In this document: positions 9,140 through 19,774 of the stretch, piece after piece | Position numbering within the stretch: position 1 is the first letter of the stretch | Layout of the letters: the number at the start of each line of letters is the position of its first letter | Source: Candidatus Coprenecus merdipullorum | GTDB taxonomy: Bacteria; Bacteroidota; Bacteroidia; Bacteroidales; UBA932 | Direction of reading: 5' to 3' | Length of the DNA stretch: 64,000 nt | Assembly: GCA_019118865.1 (NCBI GenBank) | Contig: DWYD01000181.1 | Location: forward strand, 431-64,430 | The notes under the pieces: generated by a model | Databases searched by the model: none | Told to the model about the DNA's origin: nothing | Seen by the model: the letters and a program-made list of their open reading frames with translations, nothing else | Position numbers and translations under genes: made by a program

Positions 9140-10576
9140 ATGCCCGCAATGATAGCTGCCGCTATTCTTTTCTCTTGTCAGGAGCCGGCTCCAGACCCCG
9201 TCAAGCTTGCCGCCCCGGTTCTGGCCGTTGACTCCACATCTCTTTCGGAAACATCATTTACTGTAACCTGGTCAGCAGTGGAAAATGCTGTGGCGTACGC
9301 ATATGTCCTTGACAACAGCGAAGAGCAGACGGTGAACACCACAAACGCATCTTTCTCCGGTCTGACAGCAGGGACACAGTATACCGTTAAGGTATAGTCA
9401 GTAGCAGCCGAAGAAAACGGGGAATATCTGGATTCCGAATGGACTGCAATCAATGTCACAACACTCAGTCCCGAAGAGCCGGATGAACCCGCAGTAGAAG
9501 AAATCATCGTTGACCCTGAAAGTCTCTCGCTCTACGTAGGTGAGACTTATCAGCTGAAAGCCGAAATCGTACCTGAGGAAGCAGCGGACGCGGTCATCTC
9601 CTGGAGCAGCAGCAATCCGGGAACAGTAACCGTAGATGATAACGGACTGGTAACTGCCATTGCCTGCGGGGAAGCATCCATAACCGCCGGCGCCGGGGAG
9701 AAAACCGCCTCATGTACCGTCACCGTAAAGGAAAAAGAAGACATTTACGAAATAGACATGTCTGGAATGACCGTTGAAGAAGTCAGGACAGCCATTCAGG
9801 ATGCACTGGCGGGAGGCGATGCCAAAATCAAGCTTATCGGTGAGTTCTCAAAGACTGGAATCCCCACGGATGCATCCTCAATAAACCCTGTGTATGACCA
9901 GAATCCATTCTACGGCACCAATGTTGAAGTCATCGACATGACAGAGGTGACAGGATGGCCTGAGGTCGATGTGGACGCCATGCTGGATCCTACTACATGG
10001 CAGCCAGCTCCGGACGGTGTATACGGTCTTCCCGCTCTGGCCTCCTATGGACTCAACACAGCAGAACAAACACCAAGCTATCCAGCACTCCGCGAAGTAA
10101 GACTTCCTGAAGAAGTCCGCGCCATAGGGACCCAGGGGTTCTGGCAGTGCTCTGCTCTCGAAACTGTAATTGCCCCTGGAGCTGTCCACATCGGAGCCAG
10201 TGCATTCGCTTACAACAAGAACTTCCTCCATGCTGAATTTCCGGCAGCTGACAGTGTTTACACATACGCTTTTGCCTATTCTGTCATACAGTCCGTATCA
10301 CTCCCCAATGCACACTATATCGACTACGGTGCTTTCGAAGACTGCTCACAGCTGACCAGTCTTACCCTTACCGCTGAAGGCAACATAATTCTGAAATTTT
10401 TCGCAATGCTTGGCTACCAGCCCTTCAACTTTGAAACATCGGCATGCGACCTTACCATCAATGCAGACAAGCATTATGAGGACGGCACGGCAAGTCCCAA
10501 AGCAGCTTCGGAGACCCAGTGGGCCACGGACGCCCAGAACAATCCCCTTACCTGGAAAAGCATTACTTTCAAATAA
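9140..10576 (+). pseudogene. Surface protein (FN3-like, Big_2-like, then leucine-rich-repeat domain) interrupted by one in-frame TAG
   Basis: ORFs 9140-9397 and 9758-10576 share a frame. I translated 9398-9757 and found no further stop. The only interruption is TAG at 9395-9397. Confidence 0.7.
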
Positions 10577-10600
10577 GTAACTGGCTGCGAGTAAATTTCA

Positions 10601-10649
10601 AGAGGCTGTACCCGTACTATGGCTATATCGGGCACAGCCTCTTTTATTT
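10601..10649 (+). terminator. Rho-independent terminator
   Basis: 14-bp stem AGAGGCTGTACCCG / CGGGCACAGCCTCT (one mismatch) followed by TTTATTT. Confidence 0.55.
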
Positions 10650-10668
10650 CTCTGACAGTTTCCCATGT

Positions 10669-11619
10669 CTATTGACTGAGCCGGGAGAGATGCTTTGTGT
10701 AAAGACCGTCGATGATACCGTCCGAAAGGCCGATTACCGGTACGTAAATATATGCCGCGCCTGTGATACCAGCGATGGCAAGGAAAATCTCACCGGCAGG
10801 CACTATAACATCCGCACGGTCTGCCTTGAGTTCATATTCATCCATTCTCTGCTTCACACTCAATGCCTTAAGACGGTCATGGAGAGCCTGCAGTGATGAC
10901 ACGCTCATACGGGGATACCGCTTGTCACGACGCTCTACCAGCTTGTAGAGCTTATTGATATTACCGCCCGAGCCTACAATGTTGATTCCCGGATACGAGG
11001 CAGCCAGGTCCTCAAGGTCAGAACGGAATCTCCTCCACTCCCCGTCAGAGACAGCCTCATTGAGCATCCGGACCGTACCTATATTATAAGACTTCGAGCA
11101 GATAAGTTCCCCGTCTGTCATCAGATTGATTTCCGTACTGCCTCCTCCCACATCCACGTACATATAGTTACCGCGACGGCAGCGCATGCTCTCGATGTGG
11201 TTGTTGTAGATCATGCGGGCCTCCTGCTGTCCGTCTATGATTTCGATTTCAATGCCGGTTTTCCGGCGCACCTCCTTTATGATGTCCGGACCGTTGGCCG
11301 CATCACGCATAGCTGAAGTAGCGCAGGCCCGGTAATCGGAGACATTATAAATCTTCATCAACTGCTTGTAGGATTTCATCAGGCGCACTAAATCCTTACG
11401 ACGGCGCTCTGAGATGCAGCCGCCGTTGGAGAACACGTCAAAGCCCAAACGCAGGGGTACCCTCAACAACAGAACCTTGCTGAAACGTGGCTGATGGTCG
11501 TCCTCCAGCTGCTTGACCAGCAGACGCACCGCATTGGATCCGATGTCTATTGCTGCATAGGTCACTGCATTGTCCCTGTAATCAGCTGCTGTTCCTTTAT
11601 CATCCATCATATTTGTCAT
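10669..11619 (-). CDS. ppx: Ppx/GppA family exopolyphosphatase
   Basis: AAIDIGSNAVRLLV and VDVGGGSTEI are actin-like ATPase motifs. It starts 11 nt downstream of ppk1. Confidence 0.9.
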   Translation of the reverse strand: MTNMMDDKGTAADYRDNAVTYAAIDIGSNAVRLLVKQLEDDHQPRFSKVLLLRVPLRLGFDVFSNGGCISERRRKDLVRLMKSYKQLMKIYNVSDYRACATSAMRDAANGPDIIKEVRRKTGIEIEIIDGQQEARMIYNNHIESMRCRRGNYMYVDVGGGSTEINLMTDGELICSKSYNIGTVRMLNEAVSDGEWRRFRSDLEDLAASYPGINIVGSGGNINKLYKLVERRDKRYPRMSVSSLQALHDRLKALSVKQRMDEYELKADRADVIVPAGEIFLAIAGITGAAYIYVPVIGLSDGIIDGLYTKHLSRLSQ

Positions 11620-11630
11620 AATTTACTTAT

Positions 11631-13733
11631 TCAAGCCATCCCGGCGTCATACTCCTGTTCCTTGGCCTCCAGCTCCTTATAATATCCGTACAGAGCCTGT
11701 TGAGAACCGGTTTCAAGAGGTCCGGCACATGCCCACGGGATATTGGATCCGGTGCCGTCCACCGTCCTGCCCTGTCTGACATCCCGGAGCGCATATTCCA
11801 CTATCCGCTTCATTTCCTGCTTGATGGTAGGATCGTACACCGGCGTTATCACCTCGATACGGTTATCCAGGTTACGGGGCATCCAGTCAGCCGAACCCAT
11901 GAACACCTTCTCCTCACCTCCGGCCGCGAATACAAAGATACGGGAATGCTCCAGATAACGGTCAATAATTCCGTTGATACGGATATGGCAGTTCTCTGGC
12001 AGTCTGTCCGTAACTACCGAGCAGTTGCCGCGCACGGACATCTCTATATCCACTCCTGCATAGGCCGCATCATAGATTTTCTCCACCATCACCGGATCAG
12101 TGACGTGATTGAGTTTCATGCGGATATAGGCCGGTTTGCCATTTTTCTTATTACGTATCTCAGTGTTTATCAAGGAGACGAACTTGTTCTTCATCTCGTT
12201 GGGCGAGACTAGCAGTTCCTTGAACTGAATCGGGGCGTAGGGTTTCTCGATAAAGTCGAAAACCTGTGCGACCTCCTTGACTATCCTGCGGGAGGAGGTC
12301 ATCAGGATGCAGTCGGTGTAGGCCCGGGCATTGCCCTCATGGAAGTTGCCGGTGCTGATGCAGGCCAGGTCCCCGCCCTTCTTCATGCCGATATGCAGGA
12401 CCTTCGAATGTACTTTCAGACCTTCCACCCCGAAGATGACCTTCACCCCGGCATCCTCCAGCTTCTGGGACCATTTCATGTTCGACTCCTCATCGAAACG
12501 GGCCAGCAGCTCAATGACCACTGTCACCTTCTTGCCGTTGCGGGCGGCGGCGATAAGGGCCCGGACCACCTTGGAATCCTTAGCCAGGCGGTACAATGTG
12601 ATTTTGATGCTGCTGACATTGCGGCTGGTGGCCGCCTCGTGCAGCACCCGGATAAATGTGTCGAAGCTGTGGTAAGGCACGTGCAGGAATCTGTCCTGCC
12701 TCCGGATGCGCTCCAATATACTCTCCGGACCCTCCAGGGAGGAACGGCGGACAGGTGGCATCGGCGGATATTTCAGGGCGCTCCCCGGGAAAGAAGGGAA
12801 TTTCATCAGATCCTTGTGGTTCTGGTAGCGGCCTCCGCGCAGGACGGTATCCCTCTCGCCGAGATCCAGCTTGCCGAGCACCCGCCGCAGCAGGTCCTCC
12901 GGCATATTCTCATCATAGACAAATCTCAGAGGCTCCCCCTTCTTCCGGCTCTTCAGTCCCTTGGATATCTTCTGGAGGATGCCGCTGCGCTGGTCATTGT
13001 CTATCTCCATCTCGGCATCACGGGTAAACTTGAAGGAATAGGCACTGAATGAGATGAAGCCGTTACCTTCGAATACCTTGGGCAGACAGCAGCGCACCAC
13101 GTCGTCGATATACATGATGTAGCTCCTGCCTTCCTTGTCCGGCAGACGGACGAAGCGTCCGCAGCTGTCCACAGGCAGGCTGAAATAGGCATAATCGTAC
13201 GCTGTCTTACCGGTCTGGGTGAGACGGCAGGCCTTGACAGCCAGATATATCTTCTCGTCTGTCTCATAGTCCAGATGCCGTACTGCGCTCAGCCATATAG
13301 GAACGATGTATCCGTCTATATGCTCCTGATAATAGTTGCGGATGTAGGCAATCTGCTCCTCATCGGCCTGAGCATCGGAGATAATGCATATATTGTGCTC
13401 CGCCAGAGCCTCGTTGACCTGCTTTACAGCCACCTCGAAATCCTTGGCATACCTGCTGTTGAGCCTATTGATTTGTTTGACTGTCACGGCCGCCGTCCTG
13501 GCCTCGCGCAGCCCGGTCTTCCCGTCCCACTCGGCCACCCGGTTCAGGGAGGCCACGCGGACGCGGAAAAACTCATCCAGATTGTTGGAGTAAATACCCA
13601 GGAAGTTCAGCCTTTCCAGGAGCGGAACCTCCTCTTTACAAGCCTCTTGCAGCACACGCCTATTGAAGTACATCCAGCTGATGTCCCTCTCGAGATACGG
13701 CCTGATTGTCTTTTTCTTTCCCATAATTGACAA
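11631..13733 (-). CDS. ppk1: Polyphosphate kinase 1
   Basis: 700 aa with ERDISWMYFNRRVLQEA, LNFLGIYSNNLDEFFRVR, and two PLD-like HxK regions (KVHSK...). Confidence 0.95.
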   Translation of the reverse strand: MSIMGKKKTIRPYLERDISWMYFNRRVLQEACKEEVPLLERLNFLGIYSNNLDEFFRVRVASLNRVAEWDGKTGLREARTAAVTVKQINRLNSRYAKDFEVAVKQVNEALAEHNICIISDAQADEEQIAYIRNYYQEHIDGYIVPIWLSAVRHLDYETDEKIYLAVKACRLTQTGKTAYDYAYFSLPVDSCGRFVRLPDKEGRSYIMYIDDVVRCCLPKVFEGNGFISFSAYSFKFTRDAEMEIDNDQRSGILQKISKGLKSRKKGEPLRFVYDENMPEDLLRRVLGKLDLGERDTVLRGGRYQNHKDLMKFPSFPGSALKYPPMPPVRRSSLEGPESILERIRRQDRFLHVPYHSFDTFIRVLHEAATSRNVSSIKITLYRLAKDSKVVRALIAAARNGKKVTVVIELLARFDEESNMKWSQKLEDAGVKVIFGVEGLKVHSKVLHIGMKKGGDLACISTGNFHEGNARAYTDCILMTSSRRIVKEVAQVFDFIEKPYAPIQFKELLVSPNEMKNKFVSLINTEIRNKKNGKPAYIRMKLNHVTDPVMVEKIYDAAYAGVDIEMSVRGNCSVVTDRLPENCHIRINGIIDRYLEHSRIFVFAAGGEEKVFMGSADWMPRNLDNRIEVITPVYDPTIKQEMKRIVEYALRDVRQGRTVDGTGSNIPWACAGPLETGSQQALYGYYKELEAKEQEYDAGMA

Positions 13734-13790
13734 ATTTGCCGCAAGTTAGGGATAAATTGTAAAAAGAATTGTTAAAATTCAATTACAATA

Positions 13791-15578
13791 TCAATCCAGT
13801 TTCAACACGGCCATGAACGCAGACTGGGGCACCTCGACGTTGCCGATCTGCCGCATGCGCTTCTTGCCCTTCTTCTGCTTCTCCAGGAGCTTGCGTTTAC
13901 GGGTGATGTCACCGCCGTAGCACTTGGCCAGCACGTCCTTGCGCACTGCCTTTACGGTCTCACGGGCGATGATCTTCGCTCCGATGGCGGCCTGTATCGC
14001 TATCTCGAACTGCTGACGCGGAATCAGCTCCTTGAGCTTCTCGCAGATGCGGCGGCCGAAGTCGTAGGCCCGCTCGCGGTGTATCAGAGAGGAAAGGGCG
14101 TCGACCGACTCGCCGTTGAGCAGGATGTCCAGCTTGACCAGGTCGGCCTTCTGATAGCCGATGATGTGGTAGTCGAAGGAGGCATAGCCGCGGGAGATGG
14201 ACTTGAGCTTGTCGTAGAAGTCGAAGACTATCTCGGCCAAGGGCATATCGTAGGTGAGTTCCACGCGGTCGGCGGTCAGGAAATGCTGTCCCTTGAGCAC
14301 TCCGCGCTTGTCCAGGCAGAGCTTCATGATCTGTCCGAAATACTCGCTCTTGGATATGATCTGGGCCCGTATGTAGGGTTCTTCGATATAATCTATGAGG
14401 GTCGGCGCCGGAAGACCGGAGGGGTTGTGCACGTCCACCACCTCGCCCTGGGTCGTATAGACCTTGTAGGACACGTTCGGCACGGTGGTGATCACGTCCA
14501 TGTCGAACTCCCTGTACAGCCTCTCCTGCATAATCTCGAGATGGAGCAGGCCGAGGAAGCCGCAGCGAAAACCGAAGCCAAGGGCCAGGGACGACTCGGG
14601 CTCGAAGACCAGGGAGGCGTCGTTGAGCTGGAGTTTCTCGAGGGAGGCACGGAGATTCTCGTACTCGTCGGTCTCGACCGGATAGACTCCGGCGAAAAGC
14701 ATGGGCTTGACCTCCTCGAAACCGGCTATCGACTCGGAGCAGGGACGGTCCACATGGGTAATGGTATCGCCGACCTTCACCTCCACCGCCGTCTTGATAC
14801 CGGAGATGATGTAGCCCACGTTGCCGGTGGTCACCTCGTCCGTAGGACACATCCTCAGCCGTAGGTAGCCCACCTCGTCGGCCTCGTATTCCTTGCCGGT
14901 ATTGAAGAACTTCACCTTGTCGCCCTTGCGTATCACGCCGTTGACCACCTTGAAGTAGGCGATAACGCCCCGGAAGGGATTGAACACCGAGTCGAAGATC
15001 AGGGCCTGGAGCGGAGCCTCAGGGTCGCCCTTGGGAGCGGGGAAACGCTCTACCACCGCGTCCAGGATGGCCGGCACGCCCTCGCCCGTCTTGGCGCTGC
15101 ACAGCAGGATGTCCTCCCTGTCGCAGCCTATCAGGTCCACAATCTGGTCGCTGACCACGTCCACCATGGCCGCGTCCATATCTATCTTGTTCAGCACCGG
15201 GATAATCTCCAGGTCATGGTTGATGGCCAGGTAGAGGTTCGATATCGTCTGGGCCTGGATGCCCTGGGTGGCGTCCACCACCAGGAGCGCTCCCTCACAG
15301 GAGGCTATGGCACGGGACACCTCGTAGGAGAAGTCCACGTGGCCCGGAGTGTCGATGAGGTTGAGGATGTATTTCTCACCCTTGTAGTTGTACACCATCT
15401 GTATCGCGTGGCTCTTGATCGTGATGCCCTTCTCCCTCTCGAGGTCCATGGAGTCCAGGACCTGGTCCTCCATCTCCCTCTCGGTCAGGGTATGGGTATA
15501 TTCGAGCAGACGGTCCGCCAGGGTACTCTTGCCGTGGTCTATGTGCGCTATAATGCAGAAATTCCGGATATTTTTCAT
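13791..15578 (-). CDS. lepA: Elongation factor 4 (LepA)
   Basis: [34 protein letters not shown], and the C-terminal LepA signature [21 protein letters not shown]. Confidence 0.97.
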   Translation of the reverse strand: MKNIRNFCIIAHIDHGKSTLADRLLEYTHTLTEREMEDQVLDSMDLEREKGITIKSHAIQMVYNYKGEKYILNLIDTPGHVDFSYEVSRAIASCEGALLVVDATQGIQAQTISNLYLAINHDLEIIPVLNKIDMDAAMVDVVSDQIVDLIGCDREDILLCSAKTGEGVPAILDAVVERFPAPKGDPEAPLQALIFDSVFNPFRGVIAYFKVVNGVIRKGDKVKFFNTGKEYEADEVGYLRLRMCPTDEVTTGNVGYIISGIKTAVEVKVGDTITHVDRPCSESIAGFEEVKPMLFAGVYPVETDEYENLRASLEKLQLNDASLVFEPESSLALGFGFRCGFLGLLHLEIMQERLYREFDMDVITTVPNVSYKVYTTQGEVVDVHNPSGLPAPTLIDYIEEPYIRAQIISKSEYFGQIMKLCLDKRGVLKGQHFLTADRVELTYDMPLAEIVFDFYDKLKSISRGYASFDYHIIGYQKADLVKLDILLNGESVDALSSLIHRERAYDFGRRICEKLKELIPRQQFEIAIQAAIGAKIIARETVKAVRKDVLAKCYGGDITRKRKLLEKQKKGKKRMRQIGNVEVPQSAFMAVLKLD

Positions 15579-15597
15579 TTTCTTCAGATAATCGCTG

Positions 15598-15605
15598 CAA
15601 ATATA
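15598..15605 (-). promoter_or_regulatory. Putative -7 promoter box (TATATTTG on the minus strand)
   Basis: 20 nt upstream of the lepA ATG at 15578. Confidence 0.4.
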
Positions 15606-15634
15606 CTATCTTAGCGGGATAAACACAAACTGAT

Positions 15635-16480
15635 ATGACTGACATACAAAAGCTGACCGACACAGCGTCCCAAGTCCGCAGGGACATACTCAGAATGGTC
15701 ACACAGGCCGGGTGCGGACATCCCGGCGGCTCAATGAGCAGCACTGACTTCATCACTGCTCTGTATCTGGACGTTATGAAACACTCCCCCGAGGGCTGGA
15801 GCCGCAGCGGCAAGGGCCAGGACATGTTCATCCTCTCCACGGGCCACATGTCCCCCCTGCTCTACAGCATCCTCGCCCGCACCGGGTATTTCCCCACCTC
15901 CGAGCTGGGAACTTTCAGACATCTGGGCTCCAGACTCCAGGGCCATCCGTCCACTGACTTCAACCTCCCCGGCGTATACATGCCCTCCGGCTCCCTCGGC
16001 CAGGGTCTCTCCGTAGCCTGCGGCGCAGCCCTCGGCAAGAGGCTCGACGGCGAGGACAACACCGTCTACGTCCTCTGCGGTGACGGCGAGAGCGAGGAAG
16101 GACAGATATGGGAGGCAGCCATGTTCGCCGCCCATCACAAGGTGGACAATCTCATCGCCATGACCGACTGGAACCACCAGCAGATCGACGGCACCGTTGA
16201 CTCGGTCATTGGACTCGGAGACCTCGAGGCCAAATGGAAGGCATTCGGCTGGGAGTGCATCCAGGCTGACGGCCACGACATGCAGGCCATCCTGGAGGCA
16301 TTCGCCAAGGCAAAGGCCCTCTCCCGTCACGGCAAGCCCGTGATGATCCTCTTCCACACCGCCATGGGCAAGGGCGTGGACTTCATGGAGGGCACCAACG
16401 AATGGCACGGCAAGGCTCCCTCGCCGGAGCTCTGCGAGAAGGCCCTCGCACAGGTAAGGGAAACCCTCGGAGATTATTAA
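15635..16480 (+). CDS. Transketolase, N-terminal (TPP-binding) subunit
   Basis: GHPGGSMS, GSLGQGLS and GDGESEEGQIWEA motifs. The 281-aa size fits the split-type transketolase. Confidence 0.92.
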   Translation: MTDIQKLTDTASQVRRDILRMVTQAGCGHPGGSMSSTDFITALYLDVMKHSPEGWSRSGKGQDMFILSTGHMSPLLYSILARTGYFPTSELGTFRHLGSRLQGHPSTDFNLPGVYMPSGSLGQGLSVACGAALGKRLDGEDNTVYVLCGDGESEEGQIWEAAMFAAHHKVDNLIAMTDWNHQQIDGTVDSVIGLGDLEAKWKAFGWECIQADGHDMQAILEAFAKAKALSRHGKPVMILFHTAMGKGVDFMEGTNEWHGKAPSPELCEKALAQVRETLGDY

Positions 16481-16498
16481 TTCTAAAGGTACAGGACA

Positions 16499-17458
16499 AT
16501 GATGGAAAAATTCATAAATACAGGAAACAAGGACACACGCTCGGGCTTCGGTGCAGGACTCACGGAGCTGGGCAGGACAAACGACAAGGTGGTCGCGCTC
16601 TGCGCTGACCTCACCGGCTCGCTGAAGATGAACACATTCGCCAAGGAACACCCCGACCGCTTCTTCCAGTGCGGCATAGCCGAGGCCGACATGATAGACG
16701 TGGCCGCCGGACTGTCGCTCAGCGGCAGGATACCCTTCGCCGGCTCCTTCGCCAACTTCGTGACCTCCCGCGTCTACGACCAGGTCCGCCAGGGCATCTG
16801 CTATGCCAATACCAACGTCAAGATAGCCGCCTCCCACGCCGGCATCACCCTCGGTGAGGACGGCGCCACCCATCAGGTGATGGAGGACATCGGCATGATG
16901 AGGATGCTCCCGCGCATGACCGTCATCAACCCCTGCGACTACAATCAGACCAAGGCCGCTACCATCGCGGCGGCATCTTACGAAGGACCCGTTTATCTCC
17001 GCTTCGGCCGTCCCTCCGTGCCCAATTTCACCCCTGAAGACCAGACTTTCGAGATAGGAAAGGCGCTGAAGCTGACAGAGGGCAAGGATGTGACTGTCTT
17101 CGCCACCGGCCACCTGGTATGGGAGGCCCTCCTTGCAGCCGAGGAGCTGGAAAAACAGGGCATCTCCGCAGAAGTCATTGACATACATACCATCAAGCCC
17201 CTGGATACGGAGGCTGTGCTCACTTCCGCCGCCAAGACCGGAGCGGTGGTGACAGCCGAGGAGCACCTGATTGCCGGAGGCCTGGGAGAGCTGATCGCCG
17301 GAGTACTGGCCCGCCACACCCCCTGCCCCGTCGAGATAGTGGCAGTGGACGACCTCTTCGGACAGAGCGGCAAGCCCGCGGAGCTGATGAAAGAGTACGG
17401 CCTCGATGCGGAGCATATTGTCTCAGCAGCCCTTAAAGCTATTGCCAGAAAGAGATAA
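16499..17458 (+). CDS. Transketolase, C-terminal (pyrimidine-binding) subunit
   Basis: FFQCGIAEADMIDVAAGL... and HAGITLGEDGATHQ. 319 aa. Confidence 0.92.
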   Translation: MMEKFINTGNKDTRSGFGAGLTELGRTNDKVVALCADLTGSLKMNTFAKEHPDRFFQCGIAEADMIDVAAGLSLSGRIPFAGSFANFVTSRVYDQVRQGICYANTNVKIAASHAGITLGEDGATHQVMEDIGMMRMLPRMTVINPCDYNQTKAATIAAASYEGPVYLRFGRPSVPNFTPEDQTFEIGKALKLTEGKDVTVFATGHLVWEALLAAEELEKQGISAEVIDIHTIKPLDTEAVLTSAAKTGAVVTAEEHLIAGGLGELIAGVLARHTPCPVEIVAVDDLFGQSGKPAELMKEYGLDAEHIVSAALKAIARKR

Positions 17459-18004
17459 ATGGCAGAGGACAGGGAAATACTCGATGCTTTCCGCCAGGAG
17501 GGGAAGGAGGATTATGCCTTCAACCTCCTGGTGCGGAAGTATTCCCGCGACCTCTACTGGCAGATCCGCAGGATGGTCTTCGACCATGACGATGCTGACG
17601 ATCTGCTGCAGAACACCCTCATCAAGGCATGGAAATACCTACCGGATTTCCGTGAGGACTGCAAGCTCTACACCTGGCTCTACCGGATAGCCGTCAATGA
17701 GACCATCAATTTTCTAAAGAGCAAGCGGCTGAAAACGATGTTTTCCATTACGGGGAAGGAGCGTACCCTTGCCGAAAAATTCACTGCCGACCCCTATTTC
17801 ACCGGCGACGAGATTACCCGAAGGCTCTACGCCGGAATGGAGAAACTGCCTCCCAAACAGAAAGTTGTATTCGCTATGAGGTACTTTGACCAGATGAAAT
17901 TTGACGATATAGCCAAAGTCCTCAAAGGAACAACAGGATCCATAAAGGCCTCCTACCACCATGCGTACACAAAGATGAAGCGATATTTAGGAGAAGAGGA
18001 TTAA
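17459..18004 (+). CDS. ECF-type RNA polymerase sigma-70 factor
   Basis: Region 2 is DADDLLQNTLIKAWK...TWLYRIAVNETINFL. Region 4 is FAMRYFDQMKFDDIAKVLKGTTGSIKASYHHA. The ATG directly abuts the transketolase stop. Confidence 0.9.
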   Translation: MAEDREILDAFRQEGKEDYAFNLLVRKYSRDLYWQIRRMVFDHDDADDLLQNTLIKAWKYLPDFREDCKLYTWLYRIAVNETINFLKSKRLKTMFSITGKERTLAEKFTADPYFTGDEITRRLYAGMEKLPPKQKVVFAMRYFDQMKFDDIAKVLKGTTGSIKASYHHAYTKMKRYLGEED

Positions 18005-18021
18005 TCCTATGGGCGTTTAAT

Positions 18022-18492
18022 ATGTCTAATAGAAGTATGAGCGAAATTAAAAATAATATGACAAGAAATCCCTTCACCGTTCCTGACGGCTACTTTGAAT
18101 CGCTGGAGGACAGAGTGCGGGAAAGGATACACCGCCCGGCAGGACCGGCGGCGACTTTCATCATGAAGGCCAAACCGGCATTTATGATGGCGCTCATGTT
18201 CGGAGCCATCGCCGGCTTAGGCTGGATAGCATCGAAAGTCACACCGCTGCTGTATGACAGTCCACTTGAATCCGAAGATCCCATTATGGCCATGATAGAA
18301 GAGGGGTATCTGGAAAGCAGTTTCATCTACGCATATTACGATGAAATAGACGTGGACACGGCATTCACATATTCCCTTGAGAACACCGTCACCATAGATG
18401 GAGAGATTCTGGAAGACCTCGAAGCGACCATCACCGAAGAGGATATCTGGGAATACCTGGATGACGGAGAAGATATTGAACTAAAGCCTTAA
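18022..18492 (+). CDS. Single-pass membrane protein, putative anti-sigma partner
   Basis: It follows the ECF sigma gene. The N-terminus has NPFTVPDGYFESLEDRV, there is one transmembrane helix (FMMALMFGAIAGLGWI), and the C-terminus is acidic. Confidence 0.45.
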   Translation: MSNRSMSEIKNNMTRNPFTVPDGYFESLEDRVRERIHRPAGPAATFIMKAKPAFMMALMFGAIAGLGWIASKVTPLLYDSPLESEDPIMAMIEEGYLESSFIYAYYDEIDVDTAFTYSLENTVTIDGEILEDLEATITEEDIWEYLDDGEDIELKP

Positions 18493-18513
18493 CCACAAGA
18501 ACCACAGAAATAT

Positions 18514-19035
18514 ATGAAACTTATCAGGACATTTTTCATTATGCTTGCAGGCTCACTTCTGCTATCACTGCCTGCAATGGCCCAGCCCTCGCCGGCCGCA
18601 CCTTCCGGTTCCTGCTGTCCGTCCGTCCGGCCGGACCCCGATCCAGACAACAAAGAGAAACTTGAGAGCGCCCGCATAGCGTTCTTCACCACAAGAATGG
18701 AACTCACGCCAGATGAGGCAGGCAAATTCTGGCCTGTATACAACGAATACCGGAAAGCCATCGGTGATGCCCGCAAGGCCAGCCGCGAAAGGTTCCACCG
18801 GATTCGCAAGATGACCGAGGAGGGCAGTTCATCCGAAGCAGCTGTCAAGAAAATCCTTATGGAGTATATCGACAGTTGCGGAAAAGACGATGAGCTTGAG
18901 AAAATCTACATGGATGAGTTTCTAAAGATCCTTCCGGCAGAGAAAGTTGCCTTGATGTATGTTGCTGAAGAAGAATTCCGCGTCAAGATGATAAAGATGT
19001 GGAAAAAACCCGGCATGGACGACAAGAAACAATGA
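18514..19035 (+). CDS. Secreted helical protein (Spy/CpxP-like periplasmic protein)
   Basis: Signal peptide ending PAMAQP, then helical [16 protein letters not shown]-type repeats. It is the third gene of the ECF cluster. Confidence 0.45.
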   Translation: MKLIRTFFIMLAGSLLLSLPAMAQPSPAAPSGSCCPSVRPDPDPDNKEKLESARIAFFTTRMELTPDEAGKFWPVYNEYRKAIGDARKASRERFHRIRKMTEEGSSSEAAVKKILMEYIDSCGKDDELEKIYMDEFLKILPAEKVALMYVAEEEFRVKMIKMWKKPGMDDKKQ

Positions 19036-19685
19036 TACAGGCCACATCCATCACCAAGAGCTTCGGCCCTGTACAAGTGCTCAAGGGCATAGATTTCCAG
19101 GCCGCAGACAAAGAAGTGATCTCCATTGTGGGAGCCAGCGGGGCCGGCAAATCCACACTCCTTCAGATACTCGGCTCACTTTCACGCCCGGACACAGGAA
19201 AGGTTCTTATTGACGGCACTGACATATTCTCACTGTCCTCCAATAATTTGGCGGATTTCAGAAACCGGAAGATCGGTTTCGTATTTCAGTTTCACCATCT
19301 GTTGCCTGAATTCACTGCTCTTGAAAATGTCATGATTCCAGCCCTGATTGCCCGTAAGGGCACAGCAGAGGCCAGGCGTCAGGCAGCTGACCTGCTTTCC
19401 TCTTTGGGACTGGGAGAAAGAATGGAGCACAAGCCCTCAGAACTCTCTGGAGGAGAGCAGCAGAGAGTTGCCATAGCCCGTGCGGTCATCAACCGCCCAG
19501 GCGTCATCCTGGCCGATGAACCTTCCGGAAACCTGGACAGCAATACCAAACGGGATATCCACCAGCTCTTCTTCGACCTCCGCGACCGCTTCGGGCAGAC
19601 CGTCATCATCGTCACACACGACCGTGGACTGGCCGCCATGTCAGACCGTATGCTGGAGATACGGGACGGACTTTTTTACAATTAG
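19032..19685 (+). CDS. ABC transporter ATP-binding protein (LolD/MacB-type)
   Basis: [25 protein letters not shown] and [12 protein letters not shown] chose the ATG at 19032 ([11 protein letters not shown]). The ORF-track start at 18999 overlaps the upstream gene. Confidence 0.88.
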   Translation: MIQATSITKSFGPVQVLKGIDFQAADKEVISIVGASGAGKSTLLQILGSLSRPDTGKVLIDGTDIFSLSSNNLADFRNRKIGFVFQFHHLLPEFTALENVMIPALIARKGTAEARRQAADLLSSLGLGERMEHKPSELSGGEQQRVAIARAVINRPGVILADEPSGNLDSNTKRDIHQLFFDLRDRFGQTVIIVTHDRGLAAMSDRMLEIRDGLFYN

Positions 19686-19720
19686 GTTATAGTATTTTTG
19701 CATTTGTCTTACGGATTCTC

Positions 19721-19728
19721 TAAATTTG
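19721..19728 (+). promoter_or_regulatory. Putative -7 promoter box (TAAATTTG)
   Basis: 47 nt upstream of the ATG at 19775. Confidence 0.35.
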
Positions 19729-19774
19729 TAGGATATTGACAAAATTTACTAACTAATAATAATCTTTTGATCAA

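Noticed and set aside
9395-9397. Programmed recoding (pyrrolysine or read-through) at the in-frame TAG
   Set aside because: There are no pyl genes or recoding signals in the window. I know of no evidence for amber recoding in this lineage. A nonsense mutation or population variant is the simpler explanation.
15731-17416. 561-aa ORF on the minus strand spanning both transketolase subunit genes
   Set aside because: It is antisense to two genes with unambiguous transketolase motifs and crosses their intergenic gap. It has low-complexity G/A/V/E/H composition and no start context or promoter box.
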